DNA from: Eledone cirrhosa
Taxonomy: Eukaryota
Direction of reading: 5' to 3'
DNA: 64,000 bases
NCBI GenBank assembly: GCA_964016885.1
Contig: OZ024741.1
Location: 379,316,001 to 379,380,000 of the forward strand
Positions within the stretch are counted from its first letter, which is position 1. Each line of letters opens with the position of its first letter. Below, piece by piece: positions 13,281 through 24,563 of the stretch. The translations under genes and the position numbers were made by a program. The notes beneath the pieces were generated by a model. The model did not search any database, was not told where the DNA came from, and saw only the letters and a list, made by a program, of their open reading frames with translations.

Positions 13281-13851
13281 CGTTATTCCGGGTTGAATCG
13301 GAGGTAAGCACAGTAAGTAAGGTACTCAATACATAGCACAGTATAACACTTTTAATATAGATGAGATTCTACAGGACTTGGACTGTTTCATTCTTGAGAA
13401 ATCATCAGGAATCTGGGTATCAAAAAATGAATATTGCATTTATAGGCCTCTTCAGATGGTAGTTGTGGGTAGGGGGTGGAATGGGTAGACGTCATTGATT
13501 GATAGAAAAGGGAATTCATTAAAAGCTAATTCTTTAAAGCTATAATTTATATTTAGAGTAACAATGGCAGAAATAATTCTATAAACAAGTTCAGATTGGG
13601 GTGCAAGTCCTTATTTTGAAGTTTCTCTTAAGTTAACAATGCCTATATTTCAGGTGTCTATAAGATCGTTGTGGATCAGTCATGGTTGAATGAATTCCCT
13701 TTTCTGTCAACCAATGACATCTACCCATCCCACCCCCTACCCTCTGAAGAGGCCTATAAATACCATATTTATTTTTTGATACCCAGATTCCTGATGATTT
13801 CTAAAGGTTGAAACAGTTCTAAAACTGTAGAATCTCACCTATATTAAAACT
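13281..13851. mobile_element. Foldback made only of two pLTRs of the 42744-46699 Naiad family
   Basis: The left arm is the reverse complement of 46300-46699 and the right arm matches about 46450-46631. HHRs at 13364-13414 (-) and 13785-13835 (+). Confidence 0.85.
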
Positions 13852-13978
13852 ATATATATATATATCATTTGTTGATTGCTTTATATCAGTTATAAAAATA
13901 TTTGCTTGTTGTAATAGAACTTCTACACATATATATATATATATATGTATGTATGTATATATATATATATATATATAT

Positions 13979-14641
13979 AATCTAGGAGCAGTTTAGGTAT
14001 GATACATTTTATTACTAATTATATCTAAATGTTTCTTCTCTCTTCATAATGTATTTTTAACTCTGATACTGGTTCAGTCTAATTCAACCGGATTGGTCTG
14101 TCCCAGTCATTCATTGAGCAACATCGGTAAGGTTGACACCATTAACTCACGGTTGGGTGTGGATGCATTCATGTATATGTGTGTGTCCGCATGTATCTGT
14201 GTGTTTCTAAATATATTGTTCATAACTCCCTCTGGTCGAGTAATCTTTGAAGTGTGGTGACTGGTGGAAAGTTGCCATTACTCATACTTCTCCCCTCCTT
14301 CACCACCTCTTCTACGGCTTCGATATAAATACCCCCTCCGCCTCCGTGGTATTTTCTTCGGGGTTATAAGAGGCTTAGCTCTGTTTCTCGACCGTTATAT
14401 CGCGTGACTATCTCCCCCTCCGCCTTTTGGGATTCTTTCTCACGTCGTGTAGACGCGTTCTTGAAGCTAGTAAAATGAGGTATCCTCTTGATAAGTCGGC
14501 AGACCTCGCAAAGACTCTATATCTTTATGATGTATTGTTTTTGTTTATGCCACGAAACTACGTAGTCGAGGAATCTAGGAGCAGTTTAGGTATGATACAT
14601 TTTATTACTAATTATATCTAAATGTTTCTTCTCTCTTCATA

Positions 14642-14643
<2 letters not shown>
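13979..14643 (+). mobile_element. Non-coding HHR element with terminal direct repeat (period 593 bp), retrozyme-like
   Basis: 13979-14050 is identical to 14572-14643. HHR at 14483-14572 reads tcctc-TTGATAA-stem II-GAAA-ctacgtag-TC-gagga. Confidence 0.75.
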
Positions 14644-14672
<29 letters not shown>

Positions 14673-14675
14673 CAA

Positions 14676-14741
<66 letters not shown>

Positions 14742-14742
<1 letters not shown>

Positions 14743-15154
14743 AGAAGTTAGATTTAAATTGTCGGGATATTACATAGAAATAATTTTCTCTGTTTTTTTC
14801 TACGATTTTCTCCGAAAAAGCTATAAGTTTATGAAAATTACTGTCTTAAAATAAAAAGTCCTTTATTGTATGTATGTATATGTATGCATGTGTATGTATA
14901 TATATATATATATTTATATGTATATATATCTGTGTGTGCGTATGTATATATATGAATATATTCTTTTAACAATATATACATATTTTTATAATGTATGGTA
15001 CCTTTGAAATATGTATAATGAAATAAATATAGTTTTATAAATATAGTTTCCATTTGTTAATATACCGTATTTTTACTACAATAATTTGTTGAGTGCAATA
15101 TATCAGTTATAAAACTATTTGCTTGTTGTATCCCAACAATTTAAATAGAACTTT

Positions 15155-15158
<4 letters not shown>
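14742..15158. repeat. Rearranged fragment of an unclassified TA-associated repeat (also 13866-13930, 16811-17720, 54781-54962)
   Basis: 15000-15158 is the reverse complement of 16811-16970, and 14770-14870 is the reverse complement of 17620-17720. Confidence 0.7.
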
Positions 15159-15234
<76 letters not shown>

Positions 15235-15244
15235 ATATGTATAT

Positions 15245-15367
<123 letters not shown>

Positions 15368-15420
15368 ATATATATATATATATATATGTATATACATACA
15401 TATATATATATATATATATA

Positions 15421-16675
15421 AAGAATTTATATCTAGTAACATTTATATACATACAGATGCACATCAATGCTAGCAAATATATAGGTTTTGTCTTAGTAAC
15501 ATTGTGATTCAATGCATGGGGTTGCAGAACAATAATATGAGAGACGTAAGATAAGAAAATTATAAAATTATAAAAAAATTATAAAATTGACTTACTTACT
15601 AAAATATCAGTTCCACCTAATTAGTTTCTGGAATGGAGTAAATATATTTTCCGAAGAACATATAAAAAGCCTTCCGTCGTCAGGAAAGTCTCTTTTCATG
15701 TAAGTTTCCAGGCATAGCGAGGACTCTGGAAACTTATTAAAAAAATAATTCAGTGGAGAGGAAATAGCGAAGCGTGGACTGAAATCCCAGCCATTGAGAA
15801 AATCACTGCCTCTACGTTTGTAGCAACTTCTAAAAGAATCAATCACGTGACATCGAGGTCAATCAGTGGAAAGCGAGTTGTTAATAAGACAGCGGCCTGC
15901 CTACTACTATAGCAGCAGTCATGGCCAATATTGCTCGACAAATGAATTGGAGATAATTATAAAGAATTTATATCTAGTAACATTTATATACATACAGATG
16001 CACATCAATGCTAGCAAATATATAGGTTTTGTCTTAGTAACATTGTGGTTCAATGCATGGGGTGCATAACAATAATATGAGAGACGTAAGATGAGAAAAT
16101 TATAAAATTATAAAAAAATTATAAAATTGACTTACTTACTAAAATATCACTTCCAACTAATTAGTTTCTGGAATAGAGTAAATATATTTTCCGAAGAACA
16201 TATAGAAAAGCATTCCGTCGTCACGAAAGTCTCTTTTCATGTAAGTTTCCAGGCATCGCGAGGACTCTGGAAACTTATTAAAAAAATAATTCAGTGGAGA
16301 GGAAATAGCGAAGCGTGGACTGAAATCCCAGCCATTGAGAAAATCACTGCCTCTACGTCTGTGGCAAATTCAAAAAGAATCAATCACGTGACATTGAATT
16401 TGCCACAGACATAGAGGCAGATTTTCTCAATGGCTGGGATTTCAGTCCACGCTTCGCTATTTCCTCTCCACTGAATTATTTTTTTAATAAGTTTCCAGAG
16501 TCCCCGCTATGCCTGGAAACTTACATGAAAAGAGACTTTCCTGACTATGGAATGCTTTTTTATATGTTCTTCGGAAAATATGTTTACTCCATTCCAGAAA
16601 CTAATAAGTTGGAAGTGATATTTTAGTAAGTCAATTTTATAATTTTTTTATAATTTTATAATTTTCTATCTTACG

Positions 16676-16683
<8 letters not shown>
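15421..16683 (-). mobile_element. Tandem (period 541 bp) plus inverted non-coding HHR element, retrozyme-like
   Basis: 15421-15855 is repeated at 15962-16395, and 16403-16683 is an inverted copy. HHRs at 15610-15688 (-), 16150-16229 (-) and 16536-16616 (+) give consensus ctttc-CTGACGA-cggaatg..cattcca-GAAA-ctaattag-TT-ggaag. Confidence 0.8.
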
Positions 16684-16707
<24 letters not shown>

Positions 16708-16774
16708 TTATTTAGAAAACTGCTCTATATTATATTTTATCTGATTTTATCTGTATATATATATATATATATAT

Positions 16775-16810
<36 letters not shown>

Positions 16811-18482
16811 GTAGAAGATCTATTTAAATTGTTGGGATACAACAAGCAAATATTTTTATAACTGATATAAAGCTCTCAACAAATTATTGGAGTAAAATTA
16901 CGATATATTAACAAATGGAACCTATATTTATAAAACAATATTTATTCCATTATACATATTTCAAGGGCACCAAGTTAAATTATGGTGTGCTTTAATCAGA
17001 TAAAATATAATATAGAGCAGTTTTCTAAATATATATTTACATACCCTTAAAGAATGGGACCATTTCTGTTGGAAGCTCCCGGATAGTGGGGTTATAAATT
17101 TATTTATACGATTATGCAAATTAGTGTCGGATATTTTAAAATCACAGTAGATTTAAATAAGCCGTTGGGTTATGGAGAAAGAAAAAGAGAAAAAAGAGCA
17201 AACTCTAAGAGGATAATAAGAAAAATAAGAAAAAGAGAGAGAGAAGAAAAAAAGATAACAGTAATGAGAAAGAGAAGGAGAAAGCTCTAAGTGATAGGTT
17301 GTTGTATTAGCTTAACTTTTGAGATGAAGTGAAAGAATAAATATTTAATGGTTGAGTAAAGAAGAGTAAATAAGCGTGAATGGAAAATACATAAATAATA
17401 GGAGAATTTTAACCGTTGTTTAAATATGATTAAATGTTTAGTTTCTCAATTAAATTATTGAGATCTATACATTAAAAATTGAGATCTATATATTATTAAA
17501 AAATCTATACATTATTAAAAGATTATATTCATATATATACATACGTACACACAGATATATATACATATAAATAGATATATATATATATATACCTACACAT
17601 ACATACATATACATACATACAATAAAGGACTTTTTATTTTAAGACATAGGAATTTTCATAAACTTATAGATTTTTCGGAGAAAATAGTAGAAAAAACGGA
17701 GAAAATCGCTTCTATGTAATAGCGAAACAGCGTGAAGGAAATTAAGTTATTTATTTATATTAAATATTACAAATGTTAAGATATTAAAGGAAATGTTAGG
17801 TTATACAAACCTTATGTTATTATACAAACCTTATATTATTTAATAAATTTTATAAGTTTTATATCTAATAAATCCATCTGTTATGTAGTTGTGACTGTTA
17901 TTATATCAGTGTGTTTATCATGAACCTTAAGAAAATCCTTATAAACGAGTGCATTCGAATTGTATGAATATATATATACACACAATCCCCAAATAGATAC
18001 ACATAGACGTACTTACACATACAGATTGATATGCATCACATATACATATATACATACACACACACACCCACATATATATATATATATATTTACACACATA
18101 TATATCTATATATAGAGAGAGATAAAAATACAGTACATAGTATAATTGAAGTACATAATATATACAATATAAAATAGATTAAAATAAAATAAAATAAAAT
18201 AAAATAGAAAATAAAAATGAATTATATTACGATTTGGAAATATAATTATAAGCAATATAACTTTAAAACAATATAATTTTTAAAAAGTATTATAGAATAT
18301 TTCAAGATATAATTTTAAAATAAGAATATGTTTAAGAAATTCAGCATATAAATTAAAATTTTGTTTATATAATATTTAATTCTCAGTATGTTTAACTTAA
18401 TTTTATAGCCATAAGAAAAAGAAAGAGAAACTTTCAAAAAAAAGATTTTCCCCTTATAAGAGCTTTTAGTATGTTTCTCGAG

Positions 18483-18548
<66 letters not shown>

Positions 18549-18557
18549 TATATATAT

Positions 18558-18706
<149 letters not shown>

Positions 18707-18707
18707 A

Positions 18708-19153
18708 ATATATAATTGAATAAACAAGAGAGATGAACACTAATATAAACATACATGTGTTCGAATCGTAAGGACTATTTTTAGAAGTGAAAAGATCACT
18801 AATTTCTCAACAACTACTGAGGAGCAGAGAAACATGAAAATTTCACTTAAGTTGTTGCGAAACAGTCTCCACCACTGTCTAATTATTACCAAGCATTTTT
18901 TCCCAATATAGGTTTGTTATTTTTATTAATTTTTATTAATTTAGTATTTAAAGTTAAGGATAACAAACTATATTGCTGTGGTTAGTATTTGTTCACCTTA
19001 GCAAATTTAGTCCTTACGATTCGAACATATGTATGTTTATATTAGTGTGCATCTCTCTTGTTTATTCAATTATATTGTACGGCTCGGAAAAGTTTTTTCT
19101 TAGAGCTATTTAATTGTAAGGGACTACCCTGAGTTCTTTCCTCAATATCTCAA
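18708..19153 (+). mobile_element. PLE-type end fragment with short inversion and canonical HHR (18812-18884)
   Basis: 18711-18777 is an inverted repeat of 19009-19076. Motif reads aacta-CTGAGGA-gca..tgc-GAAA-cagt..actg-TC-taatt. Confidence 0.75.
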
Positions 19154-19344
19154 TATATATATAGATATATGTCCCAAGGCTCTGAAACCATCAACACTAT
19201 AAACACAGAGCTGGCATATATAACAACTGACTAACTGCCTGATGAGGTCATAGCAATTCAATGGCTATCATCGAAATATATATAGCTGTAAATAAAGGAT
19301 TATGAGTTCATGCAATTGACTTATGTTTCGTCACTATATATATA

Positions 19345-20062
19345 TTTATATAAGTATGTACACGTACATACATATATGTATACAGACGTAGAGTAGTATG
19401 TATATATATATACATACATGCACACATATATATCTGTACGTAAGGATTCAGCGAACATTTATTAGAATTCTCGGTGTGTTTGTAAACAAACATCCAGTAT
19501 TAAACCGTAGTGTCCAGCAACCATCGTTGCTCGTTTGTTCAACACCGACAAAGGAACGCTGTACTAGTTTCAAGCTTATTAGCTATCGTCAGCAACGTAT
19601 ACCTTGCTGCCAGATTGTTGAACGTATATAGTTACCTTATGCATGTTAACGGCTGAGTAGCCCAATTTGCATATCGAGTGGGTTAATCGACCGGGTACAC
19701 CGAAAACGATAAACGGAAAAAATGAAACGAAATTTAATTTCACACTCTTAGTACGGCTGTTACTTAAATATAAGTATGTACACGTACATACATATATGTA
19801 TACAGACGTAAAGTAGTATGTATATATATATACATACATGCACACATATATATATGTACGTATTGATTCACCGAACATGTATTATAATGCTCGGTGTGTT
19901 TGTAAACAAACATCCCGTATTAAGCCGTAGTGTCCAGCAACCTTATGCATGTTAATGGCTGTACATATGTATACATATATGTATGTACGTGTACATACTT
20001 ATATTTAAATAACAGCCTTACTAAGAGTGGGAAATGAAATTTCGTTTCATTTTTTCCGTTTA
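19345..20062 (-). mobile_element. 420-bp-unit non-coding HHR family (retrozyme-like), partial tandem plus inverted tail
   Basis: The sequence at 19351 recurs at 19771. Minimal HHR at 19557-19597 reads cgttg-CTGACGA-tagc..gctt-GAAA-ctag-TA-cagcg. 19965-20062 is inverted. Confidence 0.82.
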
Positions 20063-20081
20063 TATATTTATATTTATATGG

Positions 20082-20250
20082 AAATAATAATAAATGAGAA
20101 GACTGAAATCCAAAGAGGGCTCGATAAGGATAAATATATACCAAATATATCAGAACCATAGAGCAAACATTTATTAATGTTTCAGAAGATCCCGTTAAGA
20201 GTGAAAGCAGCGATTATTTGCTTAAACTTTAATGTGTTATTGTAATAAAT
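20082..20250. mobile_element. Short foldback of the CAGAAGA-core HHR family (other copies 46721-47080, 54283-54380, 63048-63270)
   Basis: HHR at 20179-20227 reads gttt-CAGAAGA-tccc..gagt-GAAA-gca..tgc-TT-aaac. The same motif is at 46833-46881 (-) and 63068-63116 (-). Confidence 0.72.
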
Positions 20251-20277
20251 ATATACACACACACATGCATAAGTGTA

Positions 20278-20383
<106 letters not shown>

Positions 20384-21189
20384 TGTGTGTGTGTGTGTGT
20401 GTGTGTCTGTGTGTGTGTGTGTGTGTGTGTCTGTGTCTGTGTCTGTGTATCGTTTTTGTACAACAATTTGCAAGAGAGGTAGTGAATGTGTGATTGACCT
20501 GACCATATATAATTCGCTTACGACCTTCACTCAATACAGAGCCAGAAAACCTGCTCCGTTCAGAGATAGCTTTATATCACAAATAATACCCTTGTAATGA
20601 TAGAGGTTATAATTCGATATCTTAATTTACATGCACTATGTGAGAGTAAATATAATATCTGGAATGTATTTTATAATAGGATGCTATACCACAGTGTCCG
20701 AAATACAGTTCAATATTTCTTTTACTTTTTGCCTGATCATTGAACAATGCAATTATGAGCGCTTTTTTAATACACAGTTATTTCTAGTTATATATTTCAA
20801 AGTAGCACGCATTGCATGACAATTGATTTTCATAACTTCTCTATTCATTTCATTCTCTCGGACATAGACATTTTATTGATGTGGTTTGTTACATAATCCA
20901 ATAACAACCACTTCACCAACTTATAGCATTAGCATATGCATCTTAACCGTTTGCATTTTTTTTCCTTTAGCAACACGTTATTCTCTCCTCATTAACTTTG
21001 TAAAATATGTGCTGTTGGTTCATTGAGTGCACTCCACTTCCGATTCGACTAATTAATTAACCGTTAACTTTCTTAAACTCTTTCCCGATTGCAATCGTCA
21101 GATTTAATCACAAGTTATTTTCTGAAGTATATGTTTCGTCTATAAATCTCTCTCATTGATATTCTTGTTGTATATTTCACTCTCCCTAT

Positions 21190-21700
21190 TTACATACAAT
21201 TTCCATTGATGAATGTGCGTCTCCGTATCTATACAATCTCTATTAAATATTCAATTTGTCACATCTATCTCCGTCTCTCTTTCTTTTTCCTTCTCTTCGC
21301 AATCTTATTTTTCAATCATTTACAATTATGTATTTTACTATTCAAGGACTGCCTTAATAAACCTGGCTCTTTTAGCTCTATCAATATCATGAAGAGCTCT
21401 GATGTCGCCAGTATAACAATCACCACGTCATGTCTGAGTGAATTCTCTGTCTTGCAGAAAACGTTTTTTAGTGTCGGTATACCAAATAAACACAGCGCTT
21501 TCTTTTTTTCTTATAAAACCGTCCTGAAACGTCATTAAGTTAACGATTTGTAATGTCTTCGGCAATATTGAATTCAAAGGTTCTTTGCTGTCGCGTTTAC
21601 CAGCGCAGATGCCTATATATAGGACACGACAATTAATTCAATGAACATGCGTCATCTACACGCATATTAGATAAATAACAAGCTAGACCAACCTGTCCAT
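21190..21700 (-). pseudogene. Possible fossil of an RLE-type (HERO/NeSL-like) LINE C-terminus
   Basis: The minus strand gives ..SLRHDVVIV.....FMILIEL.., resembling the LRPDIV..IIELTVP restriction-like endonuclease motif. Very degraded. Confidence 0.3.
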
Positions 21701-22647
21701 GAAGAGATACATGCGTTACATTCCCTTTGACAACGTCAGAGCGTTGGTCCTTATATAGCTCTAATACTTAGTAACATCTCACTACTTAACAGTACTAAAT
21801 ATGTCCAATCATAAATAATATATAGCAGAAATCCTCAAATTTGAAACTAATATTCACACCCGTCTAATCTCTTGTAAACACTTAATTCGATGGAACATAT
21901 ATGATATAGAAGCTTTGCATCATTTCCTCACTGAAACAATAAGCTTTCATGTCATGGCCAGAAAATAGTTCAGAAAATAATTCAACCATGATCAGTTCTT
22001 TCACATAATCACACAACTATGCCGCATCGATAGGGATTTGCAAAGATTAAATCACCGATAGCATTCACTTACTGTCAATTCTACCTCTTACCACCACTGT
22101 AATTACGAAGATTACAACTTTAAACAGTAAATGATGTAGCTCTCCAAAGATGTTTAGACCTATCTATTTTTCTCTTACCTATTCGCTGTCTCATTTCGCG
22201 CGGCATCAAGTGATGAATATTTCCTCCCGATTGGCGACACCAGATATTTTTAAATGTTCTGATTTCAACCCTGCATATGTTATATGGTAACTACCTCACA
22301 TTCCTGCTTGAGTATATTTACAATCGAACATACTATTTTTAGGTGTGCGAGTTTAAGCAATTGGCATTAAACTTTATCTCGTGTATGTAGAGGTAGCAAT
22401 ACAGAGGCTATTATTAAAATAAATTAAAACAGGATCACCACCGGCCTGGAACAGACCGGTGATGACACCATTTTCATTGGTGTTAAATAATATATATAGA
22501 GAGTATAGGACTACTGCTGGATAAGACGTCAGTCCTTCGTAAGTATAACCTCTACCTTTGTTCTAATACTAATTCTGAACGGAGGGTTCAGGTGTGACAT
22601 GAAATGAAATAGTTTAATCGCGAATCAAACTTACGACATTCATTATA

Positions 22648-22835
22648 AGGGCGGTGAATTGGCAGTATCGGTAGAGGGTCGGACATGCTTTCCAGCATAG
22701 TTACATCCCTTTACGATCTGAATTCAAACCCTGCCGAGGTTAACTTTGCCTTTCATCCTTACGGGGTCGATAAAATAAAGTTCCAGTCATGTACTGGGTA
22801 TTTGCTGGCCATGTGCCTAAAATAGAAACAATTAT
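22648..22835 (+). mobile_element. Octopus-type tRNA-derived SINE
   Basis: A-box-like TGGCAGTATCGG, B-box-like GAATTCAAACCC and central domain actttgcctttcatcct..ggggtcgataaaataaag..ccag. Three copies in the window. Confidence 0.8.
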
Positions 22836-23210
22836 GAGCAATATAGAGAGAGCAATGCATAATTTCCGATATATGTAGCCACCAAACTTATTCCAAGTAA
22901 TTAATTATATAATATAAAATAAAAACTGCTAGATAGCTTGATTTGGTATCTATCAAAATTCACGTAAATATGTTCCGTCACAATTCTGAATATTTACTCC
23001 AGAAAAAAACCTCTACATGGCTGTTTCCCCCATAACAATTAACTGTCAAATGTTTCTCAAACGAGAAATCCTTCTCAAACGACAACAAAGCGATTTAGGT
23101 GCATGTTATTAATGATATAGGGAGACACTAGATCATGGCTGCAGCACATAGCATCAAGGGTTTCTTAACCAGTTTTGCTGCTTGACTGTTGTGGTAACCA
23201 CAGTCAGTAA

Positions 23211-23280
<70 letters not shown>

Positions 23281-23286
<6 letters not shown>

Positions 23287-24528
23287 GTGAGTTTTTTTTT
23301 ACAAAATAAAAAATAACCGAGGTGTCCTACACGACTGAAAATATAAAGAAAAAAAGATGAAATCAAAAATGCAACTGGAGTCTTATTTTTTTTTAAAATA
23401 TACATATTTATTTGGTTCCTTTACCAGTTTCGCAGTTCTTCTGCTTTTCAAAAGGTGAGTTGAGATGGAGGATCTGTGGTTTTTCTCACATCTGGTTGGT
23501 CTCTGAATGTTACTTGTTTTATATGGAAAAAGTGACTCGAAATGCCAGGTTTTTCGAGAAGTAATTTGATTGGTTGGTCAATAATTATAATAAATTTCGC
23601 GCCAGTTCGCGTTACAATAGTTCTTCAATCAAGGGGGGGGGGGGGGGGTCACAGGTTGTTCTTTCATATATGAGTGTTTGAATTTCTATTTACTTGAAAA
23701 AAGGGGCTCACGAAGGCTTTTTTTTTAAATAAGCGTAATTTGATTGGTTATAACTGAAATTATGGCTGTCATGTCAAGAGAAATGGGATGGGAGAATTGT
23801 TCTGGTTCAGTGAATATGGTTAGTTCGCTGGGGTGTCAGAATTCAGATTTTCTATTGAATAAAGAAAGTAAAGATATGTATGTTTATTTGTGTGCCTGTG
23901 TGAGTGTGCATGTGTGTGTGTGTGTGTGTGTGTGTTGTGTGTGTGTGTTTGAATTTCTATTTACTTAAAAAAAGGTGGCTCACCAAGGCTTTTTTTTAAA
24001 TAAAGGTAATTTGATTGGTTATAAATAAAATTTGGCTGTCACGTGAACAAGTTTTCATTACATTTTCGCGCCCTTATTTGGAAATCTTTTCTGTAGCCTT
24101 TTTAGAGTATGTTATGACAAGCAAAAGATAGTGGTCAAGAGAAATGGGATGGGAGAATTGTTCTGGTTCATCGAATATGGTTAGTTCGCTGGGGTGTCAG
24201 ATTTCAGATTTTCTATCGAATAAAGAAAGTAAAGATATGTATGTTTATTTGTGTGCTTGTGTGTGTGTGTGTGTATTGGAAGATGATTCTATTAGTAGAA
24301 AAGGGGGAGGGAGATGTGTGTGTGTGTATATGGGTGTCATGTGTGTGTGTGTGCGAGTATGTTAAGATGGAGAGAATATATATATTTTGTGTGTATGTAT
24401 ATATGTGTGTAGGAAAGTGATTCTATTAGTAGAAATGGGGGGCAGTTGTGTATGTGGGTGTGGGGGTTGTTATGTGTGTGTATGGGTGTTATGTATGTGG
24501 GAGTATGGTTAGCATGTTAAGCTGAAGA

Positions 24529-24563
<35 letters not shown>

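Noticed and set aside
17040-17095. HHR-like motif in the 16811-17720 / 54781-54962 repeat family
   Set aside because: The core (CTTAAAGA..GGAAG) is too far from consensus to support.
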